Assembly (NCBI GenBank): GCA_965240325.2
Contig: OZ251227.1
Span: 3,425,301 to 3,489,300 of the forward strand
Origin: Rebecca billardiae RCC1528
Lineage: Eukaryota > Protista > Haptophyta
Direction of reading: 5' to 3'
DNA: 64,000 bases
Shown: in pieces, positions 36,222 to 48,368 of the stretch
How positions within the stretch are numbered: position 1 is the first letter of the stretch
Layout: each line of letters starts with the position of its first letter
The notes under the pieces: model-generated
Seen by the model: only the letters and a program-made list of their open reading frames with translations
Databases searched by the model: none
Told to the model about the DNA's origin: nothing
Made by a program: the position numbers and the translations under genes

Positions 36222-36602
36222 GCCACTGCTCGACCGCCGCGCGGTGCGCCGACGCCGCGCCCACGTTGCCCGCGCCGACGCTGAGCGCGCGCCGCTCGCC
36301 CGGCGCGGCGCGGAGCGAGCGCAGCGCCGCCGCGCCGCCGGGGCGCAGCTCGAGGCGCGGCAGCGGCGGCGTGACGTGGATGCGCACGCCGGCGCCGCCC
36401 GGCTCGCACCCGCCGTCCGAGCCGAGCGGCGCGCGCATCCGCGCGCCGCCGAGCGCGCGCCAGCGGACCGCGGTGAGTCGCAGCTCGCCCGCGGCGAGCG
36501 GCACGCAGCGCACGCGCAGCCGCAAGCGCCCGCGCGCGCCGACGAGCGCGGGCGGCGCGGCGGCGCGCGCGCCGAGCGCGGCGGCGGCGTCGTCGGCGTC
36601 CA

Positions 36603-36647
<45 letters not shown>

Positions 36648-38736
36648 GCAGCTCGAGCGCCAGGCCTTCGACGCGCACGGCGGCGGCGGTGGGGTTGGCC
36701 AGCGAGATCTCAATCTCCGCCGCCTCGCCCGCGCACCACACCCACGGCGGCGGCGAGGGCGGCGGCGCGGGCGCGGCGGCGGGCGCGGCGGGCGCGGGCG
36801 CGGCGGCGGGCCCCGCAGCGTGCGCCGCCGCGCAGCCCGCGTGGCCGCTGCGGCTGCGAGCGCGCCGCGCCGCGCCGCCGCCGCCGCCGCCCGCCGCCAA
36901 CGCGCTGTGGAGCCACACCGCGCCGCCGGCCGCGCCGGGCGCGTGGGCGGAGCGCGCGCGCGAGCGCGCCGCGCCGGCAAAGGCGGGCGGCGAGGGCGCG
37001 CGCCCATCCGCCGCCGCCGGCGCGCCGCCGCCGCCGCCGCCGCCGCCCGCCGCCGCGCCGCGCGCCGCCGCCTCCGGCCGCCACTGCGGCGCGCCGCCGC
37101 GCGGCGGCACGCAGCGCGCGCGCAGCAGCCGCGGCAGCGCGCACGCGGGCGGCGCGGGCGGCGCGCGCGCGCGCACCACCGCAGCGGCGCCCGCGAGCTC
37201 GGCGAGCGCGGCGCGCGCGTCCGCGGCCGACGCGCCGGGCTCGGCCGCGCCGAGCTCGGCGAGCGCAAGCTCGAGCGCGCGGCGCGCGGCGCGCGGCTCG
37301 GCGGCGCGCGCGAGCGCGGCCGCGCGCCGCGCCGCGTCCGCGGTGGCGCGCCCGCGCAGCGCGCGCCACGCGCGCGGCACGCCGAGCGCGAGCCGCCCGC
37401 CCGCCTCCGCCGCGGGCGCGCCCAGCAGCGCCGCGCCGAGCGCCGCCGCCGCGCGCAGCTCGCCCGCGCCCTCCGCCGCGGCCGCCGCGCGCTGCAGCAG
37501 CAGCGCGGCGCGGCGCGCGCCGCCGAGCCGCGCGCACGCGAGCGCGGCGCACAGCGCGCAGCGTGCGGCCTCGAGCTCGGCGGGCGCCCAGCCGCCGCCG
37601 GGGCGCGGCGCCGCGCTGCTGGGCGCGGCGGGCTGCGGCGCGGCGGGCGGCGACACGAGCGCGCCGCAGCCCGGCGGCGCGCCCGCCGCGCCCGCCGCCG
37701 CCGCCGTCGCGTCGGGCGGCGGCGCGGGCAGCGCCCACGCGGCGGCGAGCGCGCGGGCGCGGCGCTCGGCGTGCCGCGCGCCGCCGCCGGCGCCGCCGCC
37801 GCCGCCGAGCAGCGCGCCGAGGCGCAGCGCGCACTCGGCGCGCAGCTGCGCGACCGAGCCCGCGCCCGCGCCCGCGTCCGCGCCCGCGGCCGCGCCGCGC
37901 GCGCGCGCCGCCGCCGCCGCCTCGTCCGGCGCGCCGCCGGCGGCCGCGAGCGGCGGCGGCGGCGCGCCCGCGGGCCGCGGCGCGTCGGCGGCGGCGGGCG
38001 GCGGCGCGTGCGGCAGCCGCGCGTACGCGCCGAGCGCCTCGAGCAGCCGCTCCGCCGCCGCCTCCTCCGCGCGGCCGCGCGCGTCCGCGCCGCCCTCCGC
38101 CGCCGCCTCGCGCAGCGCCGCCGCTGCGACCAGCTCGAGCGCGGCGCCGAGCGCGCCCGCGTCCGCGGCGGCGCGGCACGCGTCGGCCGCGCCGAGCGCG
38201 CGCGCGCGCAGGTCGCGCGCGCGCGCGGCGGCGGGCGAGGGCGCGGGTGCCGCGCCGCCGGCCGGCGGCGAGCAGCCGGGCGCGGGCGACGCGCGGCCCG
38301 AGCCGCGCGGCGTGACGGGCGCGGACGCGCCGCCGGCCGCGCCGAGCGCGGCGAGCTGCGCGGCGGCGAGCGCGCGGCGCGCGCCGAGCGCGCGGCGCGC
38401 GGCGGTGGCGGAGAGCGCGCCGCGCGTCGCGCGCGGCCAGAGCAGCGCGCCCGCGCCCCGCCCCGTCGGCGCGCCGATCGCCGCGGCGAGCGCCTCATCG
38501 CGCGCCTCCGCGTCCGCGCACAGCTGCGCGCGCAGCCTGCCGAGCAGCGAGCGCGCGTGCAGCGGCAGCGGCGCGCGCGACGCGGCGGTGCGCACGGACG
38601 CGGGCGGCTGCGCGGACGCGGCGCGCGCGGCGAGCCAGCCCGCGGGCGAGCCGGCGTGCTGCCGCGGCGGCGGCGACGCCGCCGCCGACGACGGCGACGG
38701 CGACGGCGCGCGCGGCTCGGCGGCGCGCGCGGGCGT

Positions 38737-38771
<35 letters not shown>

Positions 38772-39453
38772 CGCCGCCGTCCGGCTCGGGCGCGGCGTCG
38801 AGCTCGGCGCCGGGCGCGCGCCAGAGGCAGAGCACCGCGTCCTCCGCCGGCGGGAGCGCCTCCTCCGCCCCGTCGAACACGAGCAGGCACACCGCCACCG
38901 CGCACCCCTCCTCGTCCGCGCCCGCGGCCGCGCCGCCGCCGCCGGCCGCGGCCGCGCGCGCGGCGAGCTCGGCAAAGAGCGCGCGCGCGCCCGCGGAGGC
39001 GGCGGCGGCGTCGGCGTGCGCGGCGTCGGGCGCGGGCGGTGCGGAGGCGGCGGCGGAGCCGGCGCACGCCGACGGGCCGGGCGCGGCGAGCGCCGCCGCG
39101 TGCCGCGTGCACACGCCCACGAGCGCGCGCAGCCGGCGGTGCGGCTGCAGCACGTCCCAGCGCGCGCGGCCCTCGCGCGCGCCGGGCTCGAGGGCGCGCT
39201 CGCCGACGAGGCGCACGCGCAGCGGCAGCGCGAACGCGGCGCTCCCCGCCGCCGGCTCGGCGCCGGCGGCGGGGAGCGCCTCCTCCGCGCGCAGCGCCGC
39301 GCGCACGCGGCCGCGCAGCCGCGCAAACGCGAGGTCGCCCGTCGCGCCGGCGCGCGCGACGCAGGCGCAGACGGAGAGCGGGTCGAGCGGGTCGGCGTCG
39401 AGGTCCCACGCGAGCAGCGCGCTGTCCTCCGCGCCGCCGAGCAGCAGCGCCAT
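33970..39453 (-). CDS. TRAPPC9: TRAPP II complex subunit Trs120/TRAPPC9-like
   Basis: [28 protein letters not shown] and [29 protein letters not shown] match TRAPPC9 blocks as recalled. Long ORF with probable ATG at 39453. Confidence 0.7.
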
Positions 39454-39736
39454 CCGCTCAGCAGCAGCCCGGCGCGCGGCGCGCGCGCGCGCTTGATGGC
39501 GTCGGCCTGCTGTGCATTCCGCGACGGTCGGCGGCTGCCCAGCTGGTGGCCGCTGGCTCCGGGAGGCCTCCAGAACACGAGTCCGGGGCGGACCAGGGCA
39601 GAGTCCGGCCTCGGGCGCCATCCATCCGAATGATTGGCCTCGGCGCCTGCACTGGGGAGAGGCACGACTCGGAGGCCGAGAGCAGCTGCGCCCCCAGCGC
39701 GCAGTCGGTCGTCGCGCTCGCTCGGGAGGGAGAGAG

Positions 39737-40586
39737 ATGCTCGCCCGGAGGCTTCTCGCGCCCGCGCGCGCGCTCGGCGCGCTCTCGGCGGCCCGGCGAC
39801 CCCTCGCCACCGCCGCGCCGCACGCCGCCAAGCTCGAGCAGCTCAACGCGTGGATCCTCGCCGAGGAGGCGGACTACCTCGCGTCCAAGGGCGAGACCAA
39901 GTCGCTCGACGACATCGGCGGGAAGGCGCCGCTCAAGCTGTACGGCGTGAGCGGGCGGTACGCGACGGGGCTGTTCAACGCCGCCGCCGCCGCCAAGGAG
40001 GCGGGCAAGGTCGACGCCGACCTCAAGCGGCTCGTCGCCGCCGCGCACGCGTCGGCGACGCTGCTCGGCTTCATCGAGTCGCCGACGCTCTCGCGCGCGG
40101 AGCGGGCGAAGGGGACGAAGGAGGTGTGCGCGACGATCGGCGCGTGCGCGACGACGACCAACTTCCTCGCCGTCCTCGCCGAGTCCGGCCGCACAAAGTT
40201 CCTCCTCAACATCGCCGCCGACTACCACAAGCTCACCGCGGCCGCGGCGGGCGAGCTCGCCGTCACGCTCACCACGCCGCACGTGCGCGCGCGGCGCGTG
40301 CGCGCGCGCGCGCGCGCGTCCGCGCGCGCGCGGCGCCCGCGGGCCGAGCGCCGCCGCGCCCTCCCCGCCGCCACCCCCGCAGGTGCTGCCCGACCTCGTC
40401 GAGAAGGGCATCCTCGACGAGATCAAGGCCGAGTTCTTCCCGTGGGAGCGCGTCAAGATCGTGCGCCAGTACGACCCCGAGATCGTATCTGGGTACGTCG
40501 TCGACTTTGGGGACAAGATCCTGGACAAGTCGTACGGCTCGAAGCTCAAGAAGATCAAGAACGCGCTCGCCGGGATCGACGGCTAG
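39737..40586 (+). CDS. ATP5O: Mitochondrial ATP synthase subunit OSCP/delta (exons 39737-40282, 40383-40586)
   Basis: Arg-rich presequence, PLKLYGVSGRYATGLF, NFLAVLAESGR and DPEIVSGYVVDFGDKILDKS. One phase-0 GT-AG intron. Confidence 0.92.
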
Positions 40587-41415
40587 GCGCGCGGCGGCGC
40601 GCCCGCACCCGACCCGCCCGTCACGCCGCGCTCGCACGCAGCAGCCGCGCGGGCCGTGAGCCGTGAGCCGCGAGCCGCGCCGGGCGGTGACCTCTCTCTC
40701 TCCTCTGCTGAGCGGTGCTCTGGGCCTCTGGCCGTCCGCGGTCGGGCGACGAGGCGGAGGGCGGCGTGGCGCAGCTGGCGCGCGTGCACCCGCGCGAGCT
40801 CCCCGTGCTCGCGTGTCGAGCCGCGAGCAGCCGGCTCACTTCCAGCGTTGTGACTTTGCCGCAGCTGCAATCCGCAGATTCCGACTTGGATTCTTTGGCA
40901 TCGAGCGCGACTTCAAGTTCAGAGTTCATCCGAAGACGATCGACGATGCCGCTGACGATATAAGAATAATACGTGACGCGACGCGACGGCGGCGGCGAGC
41001 TAGCTACATATAGATATACACGAGGACGCGCCACACTGCTAGCTGCGCGTTATAAAGTAGTGACGCGTCGTAGCATCGTCGTGTGACACGACGGCCGTCG
41101 CCCGCTGCCCGTGCCGCCGCCGCGTCACGGGCCCGTGCAAGCTTCGCCGTGCCAGGCCGCCCAGGGCACACTGACTGGCACGGTGATGAGTCATCGTCAC
41201 GCGGTTACTGACCACACGCCCGACCGGGCCCCGGGCCCGCGACGCTGAGGCCCGCTCGCCGCAGCAGCGCGGCCGGGCGCCGCAGCCGGCCGCGCACCGC
41301 GGAGAACGCCGCTGCGCGATGGCTGGGTCCGAGCTGCCGCGCGCGCCGGAGCCGTGTGTGTGCCCGGTTGGGCCTGGCGGAGTGACTGCCTGAGCGGTCG
41401 GTGGCAGGCGGCCGG

Positions 41416-41908
41416 TCAGCTCGGCCCCTTGCCGCCGAATTTGAAGAACCAGATGAGGAGGAGCACGGCGGCGGCGGTGAGCGCGGCGATCGCGAGGATC
41501 CACTTGCAGTCCTTCGTGCGCCTGAGCAGCGCCGCCATCCTCGCCTGCGCGCTGCGCATGCCGCTGGACGTGCTGTCGACGCCGTGCTCGATCTCGTCGA
41601 GCAGAGAGTTCTGCGCGCACGCGGGGGGCGCGGGCGGGCGGCGGGGTCGGTCGGGGGCGGCGGGCGGTGCGCGGCGCGCGGCGCGCGCGCACCTGCATGT
41701 CGAGCTCGCCCTTGATCTGCAGCCCCATGTGCTTGATCGTGCCGAGCGACCTCGAGATGCCGTCGAGCGCGTGGTCCTGCTGCGCCATCACCTGCTCCTG
41801 CGCGGCGATGATGGCGTGCGTGTCGGAGCGGTCGGCGACGAGCGGGCGGACGGACGAGGCGAACGGGTTGGACTCGGCCGACGCGCCGCCGGCGGCGGAC
41901 GACGACAT
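41416..41908 (-). CDS. Short Qc-SNARE (syntaxin 6/8, SYP5/6-like) (exons 41908-41693, 41610-41416)
   Basis: QQDHALDGISRSLGTIKHMGLQIKGELDMQ|NSLLDEIEHGVDSTSSGM followed by a C-terminal TM (WILAIAALTAAAVLLLIWFF). Confidence 0.88.
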
Positions 41909-42200
41909 GGCGGCCCGCCTTTGCTGCGGGCGGCGGGCGGAGGGCGCCAAAGAGCAGCTCACTCCACGATGGCGGCCGCTTGCACGCCTGCGGATTCGGC
42001 GGCTTTCATTTCGCGTCGCGAAACTCGAAAAGCTCATCTTCGGTTGATGCGATCATCAGCAGCGATGGCGGCGCGAATGCGATTGATCAGCCTCAGCCTC
42101 AGACACAGTAAGACGACTTGTCTCACGACCGGTCGACGCCGGCCGCGCCCGCGCGCGACGACGAGCGCCCGCCGGCATCGGGCGAGGAGGGCGCACCCAC

Positions 42201-43943
42201 CGTGCCCGCGACGAGCTTGGTCTTGCGCGGGTTGAGCACCTTGGCGCCCGTCTCGCCCTGCGCGGCGGCGCGGCAGGTCCGGCGCGGGCCGCAGCCATCG
42301 ATCGGGCGCGGGTCGGGGGCGGGGCGCGCGGCTCGGTCAGTGCGGCATCACCGCTCCGCCGGGCGCGCTCGGCGCGGGCCGCGCGCGCACCTCGAGCTGA
42401 AGCACCTGCGCCTTGAGGCGGCGCTGCCGCTCGCGCAGGCCGAGCGCGCCCTCCGCCGCCGGCGCGCCCGCCGCGCCGCCGCCTCCCTGCGGCAGCGCCG
42501 CGCCCGGCGGCGGCGGCGGCTGCTGCTGCTGCGGCTCGCCGCCGCCGCTCGCGCCGCCGGCGCTGGCGCCGTACTCGCCCTCGAGGGCGGCGATGGCCGC
42601 CTTGCGCGCCGCGATCTCCTGGCGCAGGCCGGGGCGTCCCGCCGCGCCGGGCTCGGCGTCGCGCCGGCGGTACGCGTCGAGCAGCGCCTGGCGCTCCGCC
42701 GAGAGCGCGGCGGCGCGCGCGTCGGCGCGCGCGGCGCGGCCGCGCGCCGCGTCGCGCCGCGCGGCCGCGCCGCGCCAGCGCGCGGCGAGGAGCGTCGCCG
42801 CCGCGGCCTGCCGCCGCTGCGCGGCGCGGCGGCGGCGCGCGGCGGCGGCGTCGGCGTCGAGCCCGGGCTTGCGCCACGCCGCGAGCAGCGGCTTGTCCAG
42901 CTCGGCGCCCAGCGCGTCCGCGCGCGCCGCCGCCTCGTCCGCGTCCGCCTCGGCCGCGGCCAGCGCCGCGGCCAGCCGGCGCTGCTGCTGCTGCGCGGCC
43001 GCCGCCTCGGCCTCGGCGGCGGCGGCGCGCGCGCCCGCCGAAGCGCCCGCCGCGGCAAGCAGCCCGTCGAGCGTCGCCGCGCCGCCGCGCGCCCGCCCGC
43101 GCGGCGGCAGCCCCTCCGCCGCCTCCGCCTCCGCCTCGGCGCCGAGCGGCGGCGGCGGCGGCGGCGGCAGTCCGACAAAGCGGCCGAGGTGCGCGAGCTG
43201 CGAGCGCAGCGCGGCGGCGGCGTCGTCGAGCGAGCCGAGCGCCGCGTCGCGCTCGGCGGCGGCGAGCGCGGCGGCCTCGGCCGCGTCGCGCTCGGCCGCG
43301 TCGCGCGCGGCGAGCTCCGCCCGCGCGCCCGCCAGCTCGGCGGCCAGGCGCCGCGCGCCGCGCGCGGCGTCGTGCGCAGCCGCGAGCTCGGCCTGCAGCC
43401 GCACGCACTCGCGGTAGTACATGCGCGCCTCGTGCGCGAGGTGGAGCGGCGAGGCGTGCGCGCCGACGAGGCGCGACTCGGCCTCCGCCGCGTCGCGCGC
43501 GCCCAGCGCCGCGCTCAGCTCGCGCACGCGCGCGCGCAGCGAGGCCACGTCGGGCGGGCCCTCGGCGCCGTCCGCCCGCGCGGTCGCCGCGACCGCCGCG
43601 CGCGCGAGCTCGAGCTCGCGCGTGCGCGCGCCGAGCGCGGCCTCGAGCGAGGCGATGCGCTGCTGCTGCGCCACGCCCTCCGCCTCCATGCGCACCAGCC
43701 GCGCGCGCAGCGCCTTCGCCTGCCGCGCGAGCGGCGCGTCCGCGCGCGGCGGCGGCGGCGCGGCGCGCGCGCGCGCGCGCCGGGCAGCGGCGCGTCGGCA
43801 AAGGCAAAGTCGGCCGGCTTGAGCGGCGGCGGGTCGGCGGCGTCGGCGTCGGCCCACGCGAGCGCGCGCGTGCCGCGCAGCGACGCGGCGGAGCCCGCGC
43901 TCGCGCCGCGCCGGCCCGCGCTCTGCGCGCGCGCCGAGCGCAT
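42201..43943 (-). CDS. Multi-exon coiled-coil protein with an IQ-like motif; exon limits uncertain
   Basis: Long heptad-rich ORF 42337-43857 containing AATLLAARWRGAAARR, and a plausible downstream exon GETGAKVLNPRKTKLVAGT. Confidence 0.5.
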
Positions 43944-44140
43944 CGTCGTCCTTGATGCCGCCGCGGTGGCTGGACTACAGCTGGACGTGGGCGGAGGAGT
44001 TCAAATCGGCCGGGCGCGCACGCACGATGGCGGCGTTCGTTACGCTGTATCATACTGATTGATCGCGGTAGTTACTAGTCTCGGTCGTGATGACAACTAT
44101 GGCAGTAACGACTGCTGCGCGACGGCTCGAGTCAGGTGAC

Positions 44141-45226
44141 TCAGTCGTCGTCGTCCGAGTCGGCCCCGCCTCGCAGCAGCGCGTCGAGCGGGTCGCCCGC
44201 CGCCGCGCGCAGCCGCCGCGCCGCCGCCGCTGCCGAGAGCCCGGGCGCCTGCCGCCGCAGCAGCGCCAGCGCGCGCGGCTCGAGGTCCGAGTCGTCGGGC
44301 GGCGCCGCGCCGAGCACGCGCAGCGGCACGCGCGGCGGCGGCGCGGCGGCGGCGGCGCGCGCGGCGAGGCGCGCCGCCTCTGCGCGCACCACCTCGCCCG
44401 CCCCCGCGCCGCGCAGCACCCGCCCGGCGCACACCGCGCGCAGCCGCGCGCGCGGCACGTGCGTGAGCTCGCTGAGCGCGCCGAGCAGCACGCCGCCGTC
44501 GAGGCCGGCGACGAGGAGCTCGGCGTCGAGCGGCGCGCCGGGCGGGGGCGGGCGGATGGTCACGCGCACCGCCGCCGGCGCCGCCGCCTCCTCGCCGCCC
44601 TCCGCGCCGCGCGCCGCCTCCGCCGCCGCGCGCGCGCCGAGCGCGCGCAGCTGCTCGAGCTGAGCGCCCGACGCGGACGCGGCGCACACGCGCGCGCCGC
44701 GCTCGGCGACGAGGGCGGCGAGCGCGGGGCGGCGCAGCGCGAGCGCGGCGCACGCGAGCCGGTAGTGCGGCTTGATCGCGCGCGGCGCGAGCACCGCCGC
44801 CGCCTGCGCGTCCGCGGCGGCGAGCTCGGGCTGGCCCCACGCGGCGTATGCGGCCGAGCGGTTGCACAGCAGCGCGACGCGCGGCGGCGCGGGCTCGCGC
44901 GGGAGCACGCGCAGGCCGGCGGAGAAGCACGCCGCGCCGCGCGCCGGCTCGCCCCGCGCGACGAGCGCGTTGCCCTCCGCCTTGTGCGCGAGCGCGAGCG
45001 CCGCGCGCGCCGCGCGCGCCGCCGCGGCCGCGCCGCCGCCGCCCGGCGGCGGCGGCGGAGGCGTCGGCGGCGGCGGCGCGGCGGCGCCCGCGGCGGGCGG
45101 CGGCGAGGCGGCGGCGGGCGCACCGTCCTCGTCGGGCGCGCCGCGCGCCGCGCCGCCGCCCGGACGCCGCGCCTCCGCCGCGGCGTCGCCGCGCCGGCCG
45201 GTGGTGACCACGTTGACCTTGGCCAT
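44141..45226 (-). CDS. TPR protein with ubiquitin-like and UBA-like C-terminal domains
   Basis: TPR clamp (HKAEGNALV, LLCNRSAAY, KPHYRLA). UBL-like LSELTHVPRARLRAVCAGRVLR. UBA-like [21 protein letters not shown]. Confidence 0.75.
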   Translation of the reverse strand: MAKVNVVTTGRRGDAAAEARRPGGGAARGAPDEDGAPAAASPPPAAGAAAPPPPTPPPPPPGGGGAAAAARAARAALALAHKAEGNALVARGEPARGAACFSAGLRVLPREPAPPRVALLCNRSAAYAAWGQPELAAADAQAAAVLAPRAIKPHYRLACAALALRRPALAALVAERGARVCAASASGAQLEQLRALGARAAAEAARGAEGGEEAAAPAAVRVTIRPPPPGAPLDAELLVAGLDGGVLLGALSELTHVPRARLRAVCAGRVLRGAGAGEVVRAEAARLAARAAAAAPPPRVPLRVLGAAPPDDSDLEPRALALLRRQAPGLSAAAAARRLRAAAGDPLDALLRGGADSDDDD

Positions 45227-46154
45227 CGCGTCGTGGTGCGGTACCTGTGGCCGGCCGGCGGCGACGGTTGATGCATGGGACTTTGGCGCACGATGGACGG
45301 ACGGGGCACGAGGTCATGCGGTACGGTACTGTCGGTACGGCATCGGACCAGCTTCGAGCGTTCGCGGCTGCACCGACGGTGCACCCGGAGCCGCTCGCGC
45401 CGCGCGACCGCGGTGGCGCGCAACGCGCAGGGCGGTGTGCAGCGCCGGCCGAGTGTCGCGCTTGGCGGCGCGTCGCCGGCCAGCCCGTCGCGGCCACGTC
45501 AGCCCGCCGCGCATCGGCCCAGCTGCCCCAGCCCCCACGCCCCCATCTCACACCTCGGCCGACCTACAACGAGAGACCCCCGCAGCCCCCGTACTGCCCG
45601 CGCCGTCGCTGTAGACCCCACGGCCGACCGCACCCACTGACGGAATGACGGATCACGGAACGCCGCTGGGTGCGCGCGACGCGTCTCACGTCAACAGTCG
45701 ACAGTCGACAGTCGACACTGTCGAGACGAGCGCACTGCAGCGCGATCTGCGCGGGTCGGCGGTGGCGCCAGCAGTCGCGCAGGCACCGCCCTCTCCCAGC
45801 GCGCAGGTCGCTCTCTCGTGGCGCCTCGCTCGGCGAGCTCGGGTGCCGCGCGCGCGCCGCCGAGGGGAGCCCACTCTCCGCACGGGCTAGTGCACTCGTT
45901 CGCGGTGCAGACAGGCGCGCGTCCGCACCCGCAGCGTCGGGTGGGGCGGCCGTGCGCCAGGAGCTACGTACGTAGGGCGCCGCAGCCGCCTCAGCGCCTC
46001 CTGCTGCTAGCGAGCGCGCGCGTGCCGGTCGCCCCGGTGCGCGGTTGCGTGCTCGTACCCGCATCGGATCAAGTTAGATTCACGACTCATACAGTACTGT
46101 ACAGTCGTACATTCGTATTCGAAGCAACCACTCAGAAACAGAATATATATATAT

Positions 46155-47924
46155 GTCTAGCCGTCCTCGTGAACGCCGACGCCAACTGCTGGCCGAAGGT
46201 GGGCACGCCGCCTGGCATGTCGATGCCGAGGCGGCTGCGTGTGTTCCTACTCAGTGGGATTTACGTGTCCTCATGCCTTGGCGAGCGGCAGCAGATGCGG
46301 TGGGCGTCCTCATGCCTTGGCGAGCGGCAGCAGATGCGGTGGGCATGCCGCTCGCCGTCGACGAGACGCGGTGCGTGAGTGATCCCGCGCGGACGTCCGC
46401 TGACGGAAGGCTGAGCGCCTGCGGACTCGTCGACTGAACCTCCACCTGACCGCCCGGGAGCAGCACTGCTGGGGACCTAACCTGAAAAACCCAATCGTGT
46501 TGGGAGGCAGGGGGTCACATGAGCCCTAAGTGCAGCGCCGCAGGACCGGGCGGTCGGACGGCGGGTGTTGTGGTCCCGCCGCCCGAGCACCAGACCAACG
46601 GGCCCTGGGTGGGCGGGTTGCCGAAAGATGTTGGTCGGTGCACGCGACGCGCCACCCGCGTGCGAGCCGCCGCCGCCGGCGACGCAGGGCCACGAGCCCG
46701 GCTGCAGCCATCTCGCGCGCCCGCGCCTGGCGAAGCAGCCAGGGGGCGCCGGAAACAGCAGATCTCCGCGGCGACAAACCCGGACAGACTGTTTGTCCGG
46801 GAGCAGCGCTTTGAGGCGATGGTCTGGTAGAGGGCGATGTGGCTGATGAGCGGCGCTGGCGCCCGGCGTTCTTGTCGTCCTCTTAGACAATCAGTTATTG
46901 TACCAATAACCCCACGTCTAGCCGTCCTCGTGAACGCCGACGCCAACTGCTGGCCGAAGGTGGGCACGCCGCCTGGCATGTCGATGCCGAGGCGGCTGCG
47001 TGTGTTCCTACTCAGTGGGATTTACGTGTCCTCATGCCTTGGCGAGCGGCAGCAGATGCGGTGGGCATGCCGCTCGCCGTCGACGAGACGCGGTGCGTGA
47101 GTGATCCCGTTTCATGGTGTGTTGGGGAGCACCGCGTGGAGGAGAAATCCCATTGAGTGATGGGAAGGAAAGGGGCAAGGCACGTGTGAGTCGCGCACGC
47201 ACGAGGGCCGGCCAGCGGGGGCTGGGCAGGTGGGGCAGTGCGAGTGAGATGGAACCCGAAGAGGAGAGATAGCAGGCAGCCCGCCCCGCGGGCGCGGCGC
47301 TGCGGAAGCAGGAGAAGGCTAGACGGCCTTTGCGGATGCTGTGAATGGCCCGCGGGTGCGCACGGGGCCCGGCGCGCGGTGTGCCGCCAGCGGTCCTTGT
47401 GTAGGAGCCGGCTGGCGTTGGCACCGGGGCGATCCCGAGGCAGGGCGGGAGAGATGGAGCAGCGATCCGCGTGGGGGCGCACCCACGGAGGAGGAGGCAT
47501 GTGGCGAAGAGGGAACGGTGGCGATCGGGGGTGCGGAAGAGACAAAGTGCGCACGCACGCAGAGAGAGAAGAGGCGGTGGCCCGAAGCGCGAGGGGGCGC
47601 GATGCGGAGCGTTGCTTACCGCTGAGTTGCCGAAAGATGTTGGTCGGTGCACGCGACGCGCCACCCGCGTGCGAGCCGCCGCCGCCGGCGACGCAGGGCC
47701 ACGAGCCCGGCTGCAGCCATCTCGCGCGCCCGCGCCTGGCGAAGCAGCCAGGGGGCGCCGGAAACAGCAGATCTCCGCGGCGACAAACCCGGACAGACTG
47801 TTTGTCCGGGAGCAGCGCTTTGAGGCGATGGTCTGGTAGAGGGCGATGTGGCTGATGAGCGGCGCTGGCGCCCGGCGTTCTTGTCGTCCTCTTAGACAAT
47901 CAGTTATTGTACCAATAACCCCAC
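46155..47924 (+). mobile_element. Non-autonomous split-direct-repeat element (TOC1/PAT/Ngaro-like), A1-X-B1-A2-Y-B2
   Basis: A1 46155-46387 (with a 39-bp internal duplication), B1 46617-46915, A2 46916-47109, B2 47626-47924. Sits in a short (AT)n run. Confidence 0.75.
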
Positions 47925-48368
47925 ATATTCACGTCTGTTCGGCCGTCTGATGAGTGATGACTGTCTTGATTCAACAAGAGGTACCCCTTGATTGCGCGCG
48001 GCGAATGCCGGATGATTCATGATTCATAATCATACGCACGAATTACGCGTATCTAGTAGTAGCCGATTATTCGAGATTGGGGCGCGCGGGGGAGTCCTTT
48101 CCGTGCCTGTGTCTTTAAATCATAGAATTAGTCCTTTCCGATGGGCAAGATTGATGACTCCATCGACCACTGCTCACCAAGCCGGAACTTGAGCCAATCC
48201 GAGGCGTCCGCGAGCACTTTACAAGTGACTCCGAAGGTACTAGTATCGGACAGGTATCTCCGCACGCGCGCCAAAAGCGCCTGGACCGTCACGGGCCGCT
48301 CCGCAAACGCGCTCGCCCTGCGTGCCGCCCCGCGCTCGCTCCTGCAGCCTCGCGCCCCCGCACACACC

